Below, one piece after another: positions 13,706 through 28,045 of a stretch of DNA of 64,000 bases. The notes beneath the pieces were generated by a model, which was not told where the DNA came from, did no database searches, and worked only from the letters and a program-made list of their open reading frames with translations. Within the stretch, counting starts at the first letter, position 1. Every line of letters begins with the position of its first letter. The position numbers were made by a program, and so were the translations under genes. The stretch spans positions 5,084,001-5,148,000 of the forward strand of contig CM022677.1 of assembly GCA_012295275.1 (NCBI GenBank), in the 5' to 3' direction. This DNA is from Chrysomallon squamiferum. Taxonomy: Eukaryota > Animalia > Mollusca.

Positions 13706-14324
13706 TCTGATTGTTAAATACAAAATTTTTGACATTATACAGCGCCGTGTTTCACAATAATATGTGGGTAAGTAACAGAAAACAACATTGCGCCGTTTCT
13801 TAAACTAAATTTTGATAACCTTGACATAGTCGAAAAAATAAAATGTTATCTTCAGTTACGGCACAGAATATTTTGATATATCTTATTAAAATCGGCATTA
13901 ACTTGATAAGATGAATAATTTTCTGCAGATAACTCGTGCCTGTCTGACTTTTCCTATTGTTAAGAGAAAGTATATCAGTTAATTTTGTGAAAGGAAATAT
14001 TTCTACTATAAAATAAGAATATAATTACCAAGATATTCAGTTTTGCACCTAATAAAAAGAAAACACGGAGAAGTCTGTGAAAAGGGAAACTTATTCATGT
14101 ATTTTCACTCAGTGATTCTCTATTGTATCTATATTTATCTATTATTATTATTATATTCAGAGGTGATCTAATACAATGAAATATTAATTTTCGAGGTAAA
14201 CTATAAAAATTCTTGATTTTTTAAATTTGTTTTGATAATGACGTGTAAAAATATCAGTGTTAAACAGCAGTACAGTTATTATAAGATTCAGGTAATTTTC
14301 GCTCATTGTCTCAATTTATTCCTG

Positions 14325-15540
14325 TAAACTGCTGGTAGTAAAATAAAACGTAAATTCTGTCGAACGTTCTCAAATTATCTTCAGAAAACTACGCTCCTAG
14401 AAACTAAATATGATATTTATGTCATTAATTCTTGAATATAAATTGCTGAGATTCCATTAATGTAGCAGCTAGGTTTTAAAGTTATACTATTCTGTTCTTT
14501 ACAAAATATGTTTAAAGTTTTGTAGAAGACTATGGATAGGCATGGGGTTTTTTTTGTGGGTTTTCTTTTTTTGGATATAACTTACAAATTATAACAATAA
14601 TACAGTAGACATCTCCTAGTAGAATAAAATGTAACTGTAATGAAATTATCAGTATTGTTTATGATACAAAACGGTGATAAATCATAATAAAACATCACGT
14701 TATTTTCACTCAGTATCAATTTATGATATAAACGTCGCTAGTTTTATATATAAAACGTAAATTACGTCGCGTTTTACAAAACAGAAATCTTCGCTCATCT
14801 CTGTGAATTTTAATTTTAATGTCGTTTGCTTTGCAAAATTAAATTTTGTGATCAAGTAAAGTGTAACTTCTCACGAGTTCAGTATTAATTTTTTCTTTTT
14901 TCATTCTTTCTTATTCTTTTTATTATTTTTCTTTTGTAGAGAAGAAACTGTAACTCAGTTTAACAGAAACATATTGTCACAATAGAGTGGCTTCCCCTGT
15001 ATATCTAGTCATTATGTTATATATTTCTGAATTTAGAAGTCTAGCGCTGAATGCCACTATAAAATAAAAGGTTAGATTCAGATTAAAGTGATATTTGATT
15101 AACAACAGAACAGATTTCACTAGAAAGCTCTGCATGATGCTGAAAACTGAGCTTTTACTTTATAAGAATCCACTCATGTTTGTTGATACGTTGATAATAC
15201 ATGATGTTAAGGAATAATATTTATGTTGTCATCATGAGCGCAGTTTTCACAGGTAATTTGAAACTGAACGGCGACATTTACTAACTCTATCAAGATTATT
15301 CTTGAAAAGCCGATAATATTCCTTTAGCTGTATCCAAGATTATACTGACAGTTTATATATATATATTATGGTGGAAAACATAGGTAAACGTAATAAAATA
15401 TCGATGTAAACAATGGTACTTTTACTACAATTTATTCGCATAAGCTGCAAAGCTGGTAGTAAATTAAAAACGTAAATTCCGTCCAGTAGTCTCAAATTAC
15501 CTTGAGAAATCTGCACTCACACAAATTAAATATAAATTAT
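14325..15540. repeat. Old local direct duplication (about 14325-14415 versus 15450-15540)
   Basis: gctggtagtaaaataaaacgtaaattctgtc...tctcaaattatctt versus gctggtagtaaattaaaaacgtaaattccgtc...tctcaaattacctt. Confidence 0.75.
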
Positions 15541-15666
15541 AAATATATTGTCAATATCTAACTGATTCAAATTGCATAAGCCGCACAAATACAGAAAATA
15601 ACGTTATTTTTTTGATGACGTCTCATTTTTATCCGTATAAACTTTGCCAGGTACTAGAAAAAAAGT

Positions 15667-15741
<75 letters not shown>

Positions 15742-16374
15742 TAAACAATTAAAAAAAGAAGCACTAAGCTTATCAGGAAAAATGTAGAATCAGGGTAAAT
15801 AATATGATATTTTATATTCATTTCACAATGTTCACCTTTTCCTCTATTTTTTATTTAACATTATCTTAGCCTCGGAAACTTGTTTTCTAGGTAGACTGTA
15901 AAACTGATGACGTAATCGAGACCTCGCGTGTCACTTTGCGTTTGCTACAAATAAACGGAAAGATAATTGAGAATTTTAAATAAGAAATATTTATTTGTTG
16001 ACAGTACTATACAAAACCAAAGCAGATATCATACGATGAAACCTACAGAACCCTCAGTAATGGGTCTAGGTTCCTGTAAAATGTACATTCATTTTTATTT
16101 TCATAAATAACAGAAAATAAGTTATCAACATTACAATTTAAAATAATTAATTTTATTTATAACACTGAAACAATAAGTTTTATGGGAGAGACACAGAAAG
16201 TATATAAACTGTTAGGGAGACGTACAAAAAGAAGTTGTTTAAGATTTGTATATATATGAAACATACACAGTCACGTACATACCGTTTGAGAAAAAATCGA
16301 CGTATTAAAGGAACTTTAGACAAAATCTTACTAATATTATAAAATATATGGGAGTAATATACACATACACACAC

Positions 16375-16499
<125 letters not shown>

Positions 16500-16955
16500 T
16501 TCTAGTTCATAAGTCGGTATAAAAGTATTCAAGTAACTGTCAAAAACGAAGAACTGGGTTTCTTTGTAGCGTCGTCTTTGGAGCAGTTATTTTTGGCGTG
16601 CTGTGAATACAGCTTGTGACACATTTATCCCCTGACCGTAGGCCACACACTGACGGTAGGAATCCATATTTTAATATATTATTTACACGTAACATACTTT
16701 ATTTATTTATTTATTTATTTATTTATTCTTTCTTTTTCTTTCTTATTTAAAATGTTTCTATTTGTTTATCATCTACTTTATTTTTCCTCTTTTATTGTTA
16801 TTTCAGTTTATATATTTACTTGTGTTTGTGTTTGTAGAATGTGAAACAGCATATACTGTTATTTCATAATCTGTGTATTTTTAGTCTTATTTAAATAGTG
16901 CAATATCTGATAACGTAAAAATTAAAATTTCAAAATAAAATTAGTAGAAATTTGT

Positions 16956-16994
<39 letters not shown>

Positions 16995-17743
16995 TGCATG
17001 CAGAAGAAAATTTGGATATGTATGTGTTTTCAGAGGGCATGGTAGGAGAAATAGATGCAAACATAGAGAGACAGATGTGAATGTGAAAGGATGAGTTGGT
17101 ACATACATGTTATCTGTGAGAAAGAGTTAATGTTTTTGTTGTCAAATAACTGCTGCATATGAAAGACAGTGTCCGTGTTTATGTATAAATAAATACAAGT
17201 TCAATGTTATTTGATGGTTGTTGTCTTTTCAAAAAAACCCAAGAAAAATGATATAAAAATAGAGATAAAAAACAGAATTATTAACTGGATTATTTTAATA
17301 ATTTATTCTTATATTATTGATTTTGAATTGTTATTAACATTAAAAGACATTTGTAGATAGCTGAAACTAATCAGATTAAAAACTAATTTTAGCACTATTA
17401 AACCAAGTCTTTTTTAAAATAGATTTGCAGTAATTTTTATTTTAAAGAAATAATAATAATAAAATTTAAAGAATTAAAAATTAATTTGCTTGATTATGGC
17501 GTCATTATGACAGCCTGTGATATTATCAAATAAAAGTGAAATGGGTTCATAGTACAAAATCTTTAAGGCATATGTCACAAGTAATTTATAATTGGAATGC
17601 ATTGTTAGAAAAGTGGTCTTTAGTTTTGTCTTAAAATGCACATTTTTGAAATAAATTTGTACATGTTGTATGAAAATTCATTGTTTTTACTAAAGGTAAA
17701 TAACTTTAACGTGTTTGTAAATATACAAAAAAGACTGAGTGTG

Positions 17744-17819
<76 letters not shown>

Positions 17820-18829
17820 AAATGTTTGTTTTCCTAACTCAAATAAGAAGTATATATATAAATAATGATTATGTCAGGTTATCTTTTGCTAGATGACAAC
17901 AAATACAGAAGACGTTGATCAATATATACATAATAAAAATAAAAACATACAAACTCTATGCTTTATTTTTTCTTATATTTTTAAAAATTATTTGAATGTT
18001 CCTTAACATTTCTAATTTTAAGTAACACAACCTGGCTATATTTTATTGTTAAGCAAAAACTCAAAGCATTGCTAAAAGTATTTAAAGTACTGAATCTGCC
18101 TAATTTTACAATATCTCTTAGAATAAAAAATGAAAATTTGAATCTGAAAGCTGGAGACATATTTATTATAATTCTTAAAAGCAAAGACTGCTAGGGACTA
18201 TTTGAATTATTTTGTTGTCATATGCATTTCTGAACTTTTTACCAGATTTCCTTAAGTCTGTCTTAGGACCCCTGCTACTGTTGTTTAAGTAAACAAGTTT
18301 ATTTCTCCAGATGAGATCATCTGCAGGGCAATTGCTAGTGATGTCTACCAATTACACAATAACAAAACAGGAGGTGGTAGATTTTTGAACAAACAAACAG
18401 GCTTTAATTTTGATTCAGCTTGGAAACATTAAATACCAGTTTGTACTTCATTTTTTTAAAGAGATTAATATTATTTTCTTCTGTTTTCTTTTTTTTTCTT
18501 CCTAGTTTTGTTTAATTAAATTAAAGAGAAAATATAGATTATAAAACATTGGAAGACATTTCCATTTGTATATTTTTGCACAAATTTTTTTAATTTTTCC
18601 AACATGTAAAAGGCAAATTATAAAATACTTGGAAAAATTTCATTTATATACATTTTTTTTCTCTTATTTTATTTTATTTTGTATCATTTTAAAATTATTA
18701 TTTCCTGTTTTTAAAGATTCCTTATTGAAATTATTCTATTATTCTTTCTAAAATGGAAAAGCCAAATTATAATTTACTTAACAATTTTCATTAGAAATAT
18801 ATTGTTTATTATTTTCTATCAAAAAATGT

Positions 18830-19930
18830 CTAATCACCTCTAATTAGTAAAGCTTAAATTATATTAACATTAATTACCACCAACAAACCCTCGATTTAGC
18901 CCTGATTTAAATACTACAAAGAAATAAAAAATTGTTTTTAACAAACAAATTTTTATAATTATTCCTAATTACATAATATTCAATTATACATTAATTACCC
19001 TAACAAACCCTTGATTTCCCATGATTTAAATAATATAAAGAAAAAAAAATTCTAGATTTCTTTTTCTTTCTTTTTACCCTTAATTACACAATTTTAGAAA
19101 TACGTACACAGTGATTACATAATATTAAATATATTTACACTGATTACCCAACAAACTCTTGATTTTCCTCTGATTTAAATAATGTAAAGAAATGTAAAAA
19201 ATATAATTATCCCTAATTACATCATTTTAAAAATATTTAGACAATGATTACCCCCAGCAAACCCTTGAAATCCCTGGTATTTAAATAATATAAAGAAAAC
19301 AAAATCCTTTTCTTTTTCTTTTTTTTAATAAAAAATTCAGATTACCCCTAATTATATACTCTTCAATTATATTTACCAAATTACCCCCAGCAAACCCTTG
19401 ATTTTCCTGATTTAAATAATGTAAAGAAACAAATGTTTAGTTTTTTCTTTAGAAAAAGTTTGATTACCCCCAGTTACATAATTTCACAAAAATATTTAGA
19501 CTGCGATTACCCCAGCAAACCCTTGAAATTCCTGTGATTTAAATAACAGTAAAAAAACAAATGCTTTTTTTATTTTAATTTTTATAAAAATTCTAATTAA
19601 CCCTAATAACACAATCTTCAATTATATTTACATTGAGTACCCCAGCAAACCCTTGATTTTCCCCCCGATTTAAATAATATAAAGAAAACAAAATCATTTT
19701 CTTTTTCTTATTCTTAATTTTTATAAAAAATTTAAATTACCCTTAATTACATACTCTTCAATTATATTTACAAGATTACCCACAGCAAGCCCTTGATTTC
19801 AAATAATAATGATTTCTAAAAAAAGATAAAAGAAATGTTTTGTTGTTTTTTTGCAAATGTTTTTTGTGGTTTTTTTATTTTATTTTTTATAAAAAATTCT
19901 AATGACTCCTAATTACAAAATTTTAAATAT
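18830..19930. repeat. Tandem satellite-like array, ~120-145-bp unit, about 8-9 copies
   Basis: Recurrent attaccccagcaaacccttgattt...tgatttaaataatataaagaaa and attacccctaattaca...caattatatttaca, separated by variable T/A tracts. Confidence 0.92.
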
Positions 19931-20892
19931 ATTCTAATTTGAATGCTTCAAATAATTAGATGATAATGAAAATTAACACCGCTATGCAATATCATATTCA
20001 TTTTAGTTTATTTACAAAGGTGGCATTCTCTGGACAAGGAAGACTGTGATGTAAAAGCATTGTGGTGCTCTAGTGAACAGTTTCAAAAATGTGTCTTACA
20101 ACATTTTCAACTGAAGTGCTGGCTGAGGCAGCTTGAATCTGTTGTCTAGGATCCTACAACAAAATATAATAATCATTAATAAACTAAACATAAAATAAAG
20201 TGCAAGTAAAATTTTTGTTGTCAGTTCTAACTGCATTTCACTGTCTTAGCAAGAAGAATTTTAGTCCACATTTTTATTTTTCCATCCAATTTTAATAATA
20301 AAAATAATTTATTAAGTGTTTTTATATTCTTAATTTCAATCAGTTTAATATTATTTTTTAACTTTGATATAAAATGATTAAAAGAGCAATACTTCAGTAT
20401 ATTTGAATAATTCTATTAACTTGCAAATTTTTTATATTTACACTGTTTTAGTCTTTTAGTCCAGTTTACGATGACTGCCAGGAATATTAAGTAAACAAAC
20501 ATTTTAAACCTATATAGCATTACATTAGTCAGTAAGTAAAATGGTCTTCTAATGCTGATTCTACTTGAAATACTAACATGATGAAAATACATTTGAGATT
20601 ATTCTTACAATCTTTAATTAACCTTAAACAATCATAATAGTTACATCATTTATAATAAATTATTTGATTATTAAAATATTTAATTGTAACATTCTTTCCT
20701 GCCACTTTAATATAATTAATTTTTTGCCACTAATGAATAAATAAACCACAATCATCCTATGCATTCAGCTAATAGTTACAATAATGAATCCTTTATGTAT
20801 ATGTTAAAATGTATATAAAACAAAGCCAACAATACACATGCATGTGATAAAATAAGCAGTAGCCACGCTGGTCAAGAAGTCGCTATTACAAG

Positions 20893-21516
20893 GATGTCAA
20901 ATACACAGAATAACAAGATGTTCATCTGCACCATTTTATCAGTCAACACCAATTCAACAGTCTCAGCAGTCACAGTACGGATAAACCTAATGATCCCACA
21001 GTCAATATTCTGGTTTCATTTCACCAATTGAATAGTATGGAACTAACTGTACAAGATATCTGTGGTAAACTGACTGAAATTAAGAAAAAAGTACAAGATA
21101 TGGAAAAGGGTATCAATTACATTCACTAACAGTTTGAAAGCAATAAGAAAAAAGTCTCAGAGATTTGAAATCTGTTGTGTCAGATATGAATAATTCTGCT
21201 CGTGAAATGAGATAATAATAATAGTATGAAACAACAAATATGTGAATTAAAAACTGAGTTTAGAAACTTAAGAGAAAAACACAATGATCTATAAACTCGC
21301 TTCATACGTGACAATTTAATCTTTAGTGAGATACCAGAAAAAGACACAGATGAGGAGTTGAAAATGTTTATAAAAAAATGAAATGAAAGTAGAAAATAAT
21401 ATTGACTTTCACAGAGCAAATTGACTGGGGAGGTAGTTCAATAGCTATAAATGGTGATAAACTGTATATCGAGGTCAGGCTGTTTACACTGGGAGAGGTC
21501 GGGCCAGAAGCCAGTA
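20893..21516 (+). pseudogene. LINE ORF1 (coiled coil plus L1-like RRM/CTD), disrupted
   Basis: KLTEIKKKVQDMEKGINYIH*QFESNKKK...ELKTEFRNLREKHNDL*TRFIRDNLIFSEIPEKDTDEELKMFI...IDFHRA, a deletion, then INGDKLYIEVRLF. These match the recalled ORF1 motifs RDNLIFxGIPE, IxFxRAHR and DKLYI. Confidence 0.75.
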
Positions 21517-24225
21517 ACACAAACATAACTCAGCCAACAGAAACAAGACAACAGAGATCACATAACACAAACATAACAACTCTGCCAACAGACACAAGAC
21601 AACAGAGATCACACAACTCAAACATAACAACTCAGTCAACAGAAACAAGACAACAGAGATCACAAAACAAAAACATAACAACTCAGTCAACAGAAACAAG
21701 ACAACAGAGATCACACAACACAAACATATCAACTCCGTCAACAGAAACAAGACAACAGAGATCACACAACACAAACATAACAAGTCAGTCAACAGAAACA
21801 AGACAACAGAGATCACACAACACAAACATAACAACTCAGTCAACAGAAACAAGACAACAGAGATCACACAACACAAACATAACAACTCAGACAACAGAAA
21901 CAAGACAACAGAGATCACACAACACAAACATAACAACTCAGACAACAGAAACAAGACAACAGAGATCACACAACACAAACATAACAACTCAGAAACAAGA
22001 CAACAGAGACACACAACACAAACATAACAACTCAGTCAACAGAAACAAGACAACAGAGATCACACAACACAAACATAACAACTCAGTCAACAGAAACAAG
22101 ACAACAGAGATCACACAACACAAACATAACAAGTCAGTCAACAGAAACAAGACAACAGAGATCACACAACACAAACATAACAACTCAGTCAACAGAAACA
22201 AGACAACAGAGATCACACAACACAAACATAACAACTCAGAAACAAGACAACAGAGATCACACAACACAAAAATAACAACTCGGCGAACAGAAACAAGACA
22301 ACAGAGGTCACACAACACAAACATAACAACTCAGAAACAAGACAACAGGGATCACACAACACAAACATAACAACTCAGAAACAAGACAACAGAGATCACA
22401 CAACACAAAAATAACAACTCGGCGAACAGAAACAAGACAACAGAGGTCACACAACACAAACATAACAACTCAGCCAACAGAAACAAGACAACAGAGATCA
22501 CACAACACAAACATAACAACTCAGCCAACAGAAACAAGACAACAGAGATCACACAACACAAACATAACAACTCAGCCAACAGAAACAAGACAACAGAGAT
22601 CACACAACAGAAACAACTCAGTCAACAGAAAGAAGACAACAGAGATCACACAACCCAAACATAAGAACTCTGCCAACAGAAACAAGACAACAGAGATCAC
22701 ACAACACAAACATAACAACTCAGTCAACAGAAACAAGACAACAGAGATCACACAACACAAACATAACAAGTCAGTCAACAGAAAGAAGACAACAGAGATC
22801 ACACAACACAAACATAAGAACTCTGCCAACAGAAACAAGACAACAAAGATCAGACAACACAAACATAACAACTCAGTCAACAGAAACAAGACAATAGAGA
22901 TCACACAACACAAACATAACAAGTCAGTCAACAGAAACAAGACAACAGAGATCACACAACACAAACATAACAACTCAGTCAACAGAAACAAGACAACAGA
23001 GATCACACAACACAAACATAACAACTCAGACAACAGAGATCACACAACACAAACATAACAACTTGGCCAACAGAAACAAGACAACAGAGATCACAACACA
23101 AAGACTCAGACAACAGAGATCACACAACACAAACATAACAACTCAGAAACAAGACAACAGAGATCACACAACACAAACATAACAACTCAGAAACAAGACA
23201 ACAGAGACACACATCACAGACATAACAACTCAGCCAACAGAAACAAGACAACAGAGATCAGACAACACAAACATAACAACTCAGTCAACAGAAACAAGAC
23301 AACAGAGATCACACAACACAAACATAACAACTCAGTCAACAGAAACAAGACAACAGAGATCACACAACACAAACGTAACAACTCAGACAACAGAAACAAG
23401 ACAACAGAGATCACACAACACAAACATAACAACTCAGAAACAAGACAACAGAGATCACACAACACAAACATAACAACTCAGTCAACAGAAACAAGACAAT
23501 AGAGATCACACAACACAAACATAACAACTCAGTCAACAGAAACAAGACAACAGAGATCACACAACACAAACATAACAACTCAGAAACAAGACAACAGAGA
23601 TCACACAACACAAACATAACAACTTGGCCAACAGAAACAAGACAACAGAGATCACACAACACAAACATAACAACTCAGACAACAGAGATCACACAACACA
23701 AACATAACAACTCAGTCAACAGAAACAAGACAATAGATCACACAACAGAAACACAACAACTCAGTCAACAGAAACAAGACAACAGAGATCACACAACACA
23801 AACATAACAACTCAGAAACAAGACAACAGAGATCACACAACACAAAAATAACAACTCGGCGAACAGAAACAAGACAACAGAGGTCACACAACACAAATAT
23901 AACAACTCAGCCAACAGAAACAAGACAACAGAGATCACACAACACAAACATAACAACTCGGCCAACAGAAACAAGACAACAGAGATCACACAACACAAAC
24001 ATAACAAGTCAGTCAACATAAACAAGACAACAGAGATCACACAACAGAAACAACTCAGTCAACAGAAAGAAGACAACAGAGATCACACAACAGAAACATA
24101 AGAACTCTGCCACAGAGATCACACAACACAAACATAACAACTCAGTCAACAGAAATCACACAACACAAACATAACAACTCAGCCAACAGAAACAAGACAA
24201 CAGAGATCACAGCGACACAAACCAA
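21517..24225 (+). repeat. 51-bp minisatellite (cacacaacacaaacataacaactcagtcaacagaaacaagacaacagagat)n, about 2.7 kb, with 44-bp and shorter variants
   Basis: Directly visible; 17-aa period in translation (HNTNITTQSTETRQQRS). Confidence 0.98.
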
Positions 24226-24784
24226 ACTTTGACTGAGACAAGTCCGTTCACTCAGTGCAATAGGAAAAATGGAGGAGGACAAGTTTTACCAAGTGAAAAC
24301 AGTGTGAGCAAATGTCAGAAAACTCTACATAAAAATCATAAAGAAGTACGCCCTAAAGTTTAAAACATAATAGATTTGAGATTTGAGGTTTGGTAAGTAA
24401 GCTCAGAGCTACATTTCTTAAACCACCACTAAGTATTACTGAATCACAGTGTAAATGTATTATGTGGCTGGGCACAGAAGGCAGGGTTTTACACACAGAT
24501 GATAATATTTTAATTGTATTGTACATATTCCACCAGAGAGTTCATATTATTCATCTGATGATGATTTTGATCAGCTTGAAAATGAATATTTTTCATTTCT
24601 GAATAAGTATAACATGATCTGTCTTATTGGTGACTTCAACAGCTGATGATAATGATTTTATTATTATGGAAGAAAAAGAATATAGTGTTTTAATCACTGA
24701 TGATGTATTTGAACTTAAGAGGTTAAATATATTAACCCTTTGAACCTGCCAGACTGGTGTTCCAGCCTGTGCATATAGTATATG

Positions 24785-26180
24785 TGCTACAGTCAATGCA
24801 CATTTGGTCAAATGCCTCTGACCGCTAGTCATTTGGCCAGATGACTGAAAATGAGTGCCCTCAGTTTGACAGATTGCCTGATAGGCAAGAAGTATGCCAG
24901 TGTTACCAGGGATTCTACTGAACTGTTTAAGTCAACGTGCACTGTTAGACTGTTGGTGTTAAATTTGTGCAGTTTCACAAGAACTCGAGTTTCAATGCTG
25001 GAATAAAACAGTCACCTTGTACAACCTTATTTGGCATTGAAGCCAGGTTTGACTTCCTTGTCGTTACCACATGATGTTATCAAGAAGCTACAGAAAAAAG
25101 ATGACTTACTAGACATTCTGTCCAGCAGCTCAACTCAACCTGTATCAGTAACAACTCAACCTCTACCAGAAACAACTCAACCTCTACCAGAAATGACTCA
25201 ACCTCTACCAGAAACAACTCAACCTCTATCGGAAACGACTCAACCTCTACCAGAAACAACTCAACCTCTACCAGAAATGACTCAACCTCTACCAGAAAGG
25301 ACTCAACCAATTACAAGAAACAACTCAGCCTCTATCAGAAACCACTCACCCTCTACCAGAAACAACTCAACCTCTACCAGAAACAACTCAGCTCTACCAG
25401 AAACTCAACCTCTACCAGAAAGGACTCAACCTCTACCAGAAACAACTCTACCTCTATCAGAAACAACTCTACCTCTACCAGAAACAACTCAACCTCTACC
25501 AGAACAATTCAACCTCTATTAGGAAACTCAACCTCTACCAGAAAGGACTCTACCTCTATCAGAAACAACTCTACCTCTATCAGAAACAATTCTACCTCTA
25601 CCAGAAATGACTCAACCTCTACCAGAAACAACTCAACCTCTACCTGAAACTCAACCTCTACCAGAAACGACTCAACCTCTACCAGAAACAACACCTCTAT
25701 CAGAAACAACTCAACCTCTACCAGAAACAACTCAACCTCTATCAGAAACAACTCAACCTCTACCAGAAACCACTCAACCTCTACCAGAAACAACTCAACC
25801 TCTACCAGAAACCACTCAACCTCTACCAGAAACAACTCTACCTCTACCAGAAACAACTCTACCTCTACCAGAAACAACTCAACCTCTACCAGAAACCACT
25901 CAAACTCTACCAGAAACAACTCAACCAAAGAGCAGCATAGACAAGAAAAGAAAGCTTGCAGTAGCCACACAACAGAAATAAGCCGAGCGTGTTGTTAATC
26001 GAAGTCGTGTGATTGTGAATCTGACATTAACAGTGTGTCACTTTGTCAAGCCAATAAATAGGAGTCTCAACATGTGGTCAGGGTTTCATCAAGTGCAGTT
26101 GTAATGGACCTAAGAAATTTCGGAGTAAGCGATGTGCTTGTTTCAAAAATAATGCCTGGAAATTTTAGTCATTTTAGTCA
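24785..26180 (+). mobile_element. Ginger2-like element nested in piggyBac copy B (right end largely deleted)
   Basis: Left TIR TGCTACAGTCAATG sits at the same insertion point as in copy A. Encodes VGVKFVQFHKNSSFNAGIKQSP..., GLTSLSLPHDVIKKLQKKDDLL, the repeats, IDKKRKLA and GFIKCSCNGPKKFRSKRCACFKNN. Confidence 0.78.
25130..25927 (+). repeat. 21-bp minisatellite (PETTQPL), about 38 units with 18-bp variants
   Basis: Same unit as 530-1142. Confidence 0.97.
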
Positions 26181-26249
26181 TATGAAGCTTCGATAATAAT
26201 TTATTGACAAACAATTACAGTTTTTGGAGTATTTTTGCCATAAACATCA

Positions 26250-28045
26250 GTGACAACCAAGCAGGCATTACAAATGATAATGAAATGTTGGAATATTGAA
26301 ATAATAGTGATTTTTAAAGCAAAGAGAGCGATGGTGATGTTGTCAATGATACAAAAAAATAACACAAATGCAAATGAAGGTGAAAACGATAATGATTCTG
26401 CTGATAATCACGACCCATGTTTTGGGTGTATTAGTGGGTGTGGCCGTGGTAGAGGATGTGGTCGAGGTGTGGCAACAGGATTCTCAGCTTCAGGCAGATC
26501 AGCGTCAGTGGATGAATGACACGAGAGAGTATCGTGAAAAACAATTCAATACTAAATATTCCAGATTTACTCAATAATGAGAGCAGCCCTGCTGACAGTT
26601 TGATGTTATTCTGGAATGATGATTTGTGGCAGCTGTTTGTTGTTAAAAGTGATAGAACATATCAGAGAAGCAAAACCCCTCATGTTATTATTCAAAATCC
26701 TTTAGTTCTCAGATCTTGACACTACCAGAGATAAAAGCATTTTTTTTGATGTTGAGTCGCGATGGAAATGCTTATTCACAAGAACTGCTATGAACAATTT
26801 TGGTGAGATAAGGAACATTTCTTGGCCATCACACCTGGATTTGCACAGATTTTTACAAGAGATAGATTTTTAGCAATATGGTCTATACTACATAGTATAA
26901 TTGAATTAGACCCACAGCTAGACAAATCTGGTAAGAATTACAAAATCACGGCCCATGTTCAATCACTTGTTCAAAAAATCCAGGTTGCATTATACAATCT
27001 GTCACTTGATGAGGGAATGATTCTGATTATAAAAACTTCCTATCTATAAAACAGTACACCAAAGAAAAACCGATAAAGTGGGGTATCAAAACCTTCCTAA
27101 TGAGAATGGCTACTTTTCAAATGCAGAAGTAGATACAGGTTGAAGTAAGGATGCTGAAACCATTGAAAACCTTGGTGGACTGGAAACCTTGTTATTTGTA
27201 TGTTGGAACTGTTTCATGACCAGCATTACTGTGTGTTTACAGACAGACTCTACACTAGTGTATATTTGTGTGAGTTTTTGCTGGAAAAGAGAGGAATCTG
27301 CCTAGTGGGCACTGCACTTACAAATCACAAACGTTTTCAAAAAAAACTGATCAAATCAAAATGTCAAATCAGAAGGGTGCAGTTTGAACTATTGTTCAAT
27401 GGAATTGTAGCAGCAATTGTTTGGTGTGACAAAAAGCCCATTTATTTTGTAACTTCTGCATTTATAGCCCATACACCCAGTACATGTACAAAGATATGAT
27501 AGTAAACAGAAAAGAAGACCTCCTGAAAGCTGTCCAAAGCTACAATGTATTCATGGGCAGCACTGATAAAAATGACCAACTTACCAAGCTGCATCAGAGC
27601 AGACTTGACGATGGAATGTCGTTACATATTGAGATGTCGTCTTACTATGAGGTGTTTTACTTGGACTGTGAATAATGCCTGCGAAATCATGTGGCCTTAT
27701 CAGCTGCATAATCCCCAGGGGCAAAGAATATTTACATTACTTGTGGGCAATTGTCACCGTCTGTTATCAGTGAAAGTGAATCTGTACACAGACAAACACC
27801 TCCAAGATTCTGGACCTCACAAGTTGGAAACAGCCTCCCAATGCAACATCAAACAGTAGGTGTGTAGTGTGTCTGGAAAACCACAACAGGGCAGACAACA
27901 AAATCCTAGTGCTGCATACAAGGACTTTCCCAAAAAGTCAAAAACAGTTTACTTGTATAACTACTGTAAGGATTTTTTGTGCATTGGGCTACCACGGCAA
28001 AACTGCTGGCATGACCGAAATACAAAAATTCAGTTTTTGAGGTAG
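26250..28045 (+). pseudogene. Near full-length piggyBac (PGBD4-like) transposase with stops and frameshifts
   Basis: FTRDRFLAIWSILH. Catalytic triad motifs LSLDEGMI, VFTDRLYTS and YNVFMGSTDKNDQL; also KPIKWGIK and WCDKKPIYF. C-terminal Cys-rich domain ...YCKDFLCIGLPRQNCWHD. Confidence 0.92.

Noticed and set aside
18830-19930. CRISPR-like repeat/spacer appearance
   Set aside because: The apparent spacers are homologous low-complexity A/T tracts, the repeats are degenerate, there are no cas genes, and the context is eukaryotic.
21484-24040. Cys/Leu-rich minus-strand ORFs (LLCLCCVISVVLFLL)n
   Set aside because: Antisense readings of the 51-bp array.
26250-28045. Domesticated or active piggyBac transposase
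   Set aside because: Numerous stops and frameshifts, and mutated right TIR and TSD.
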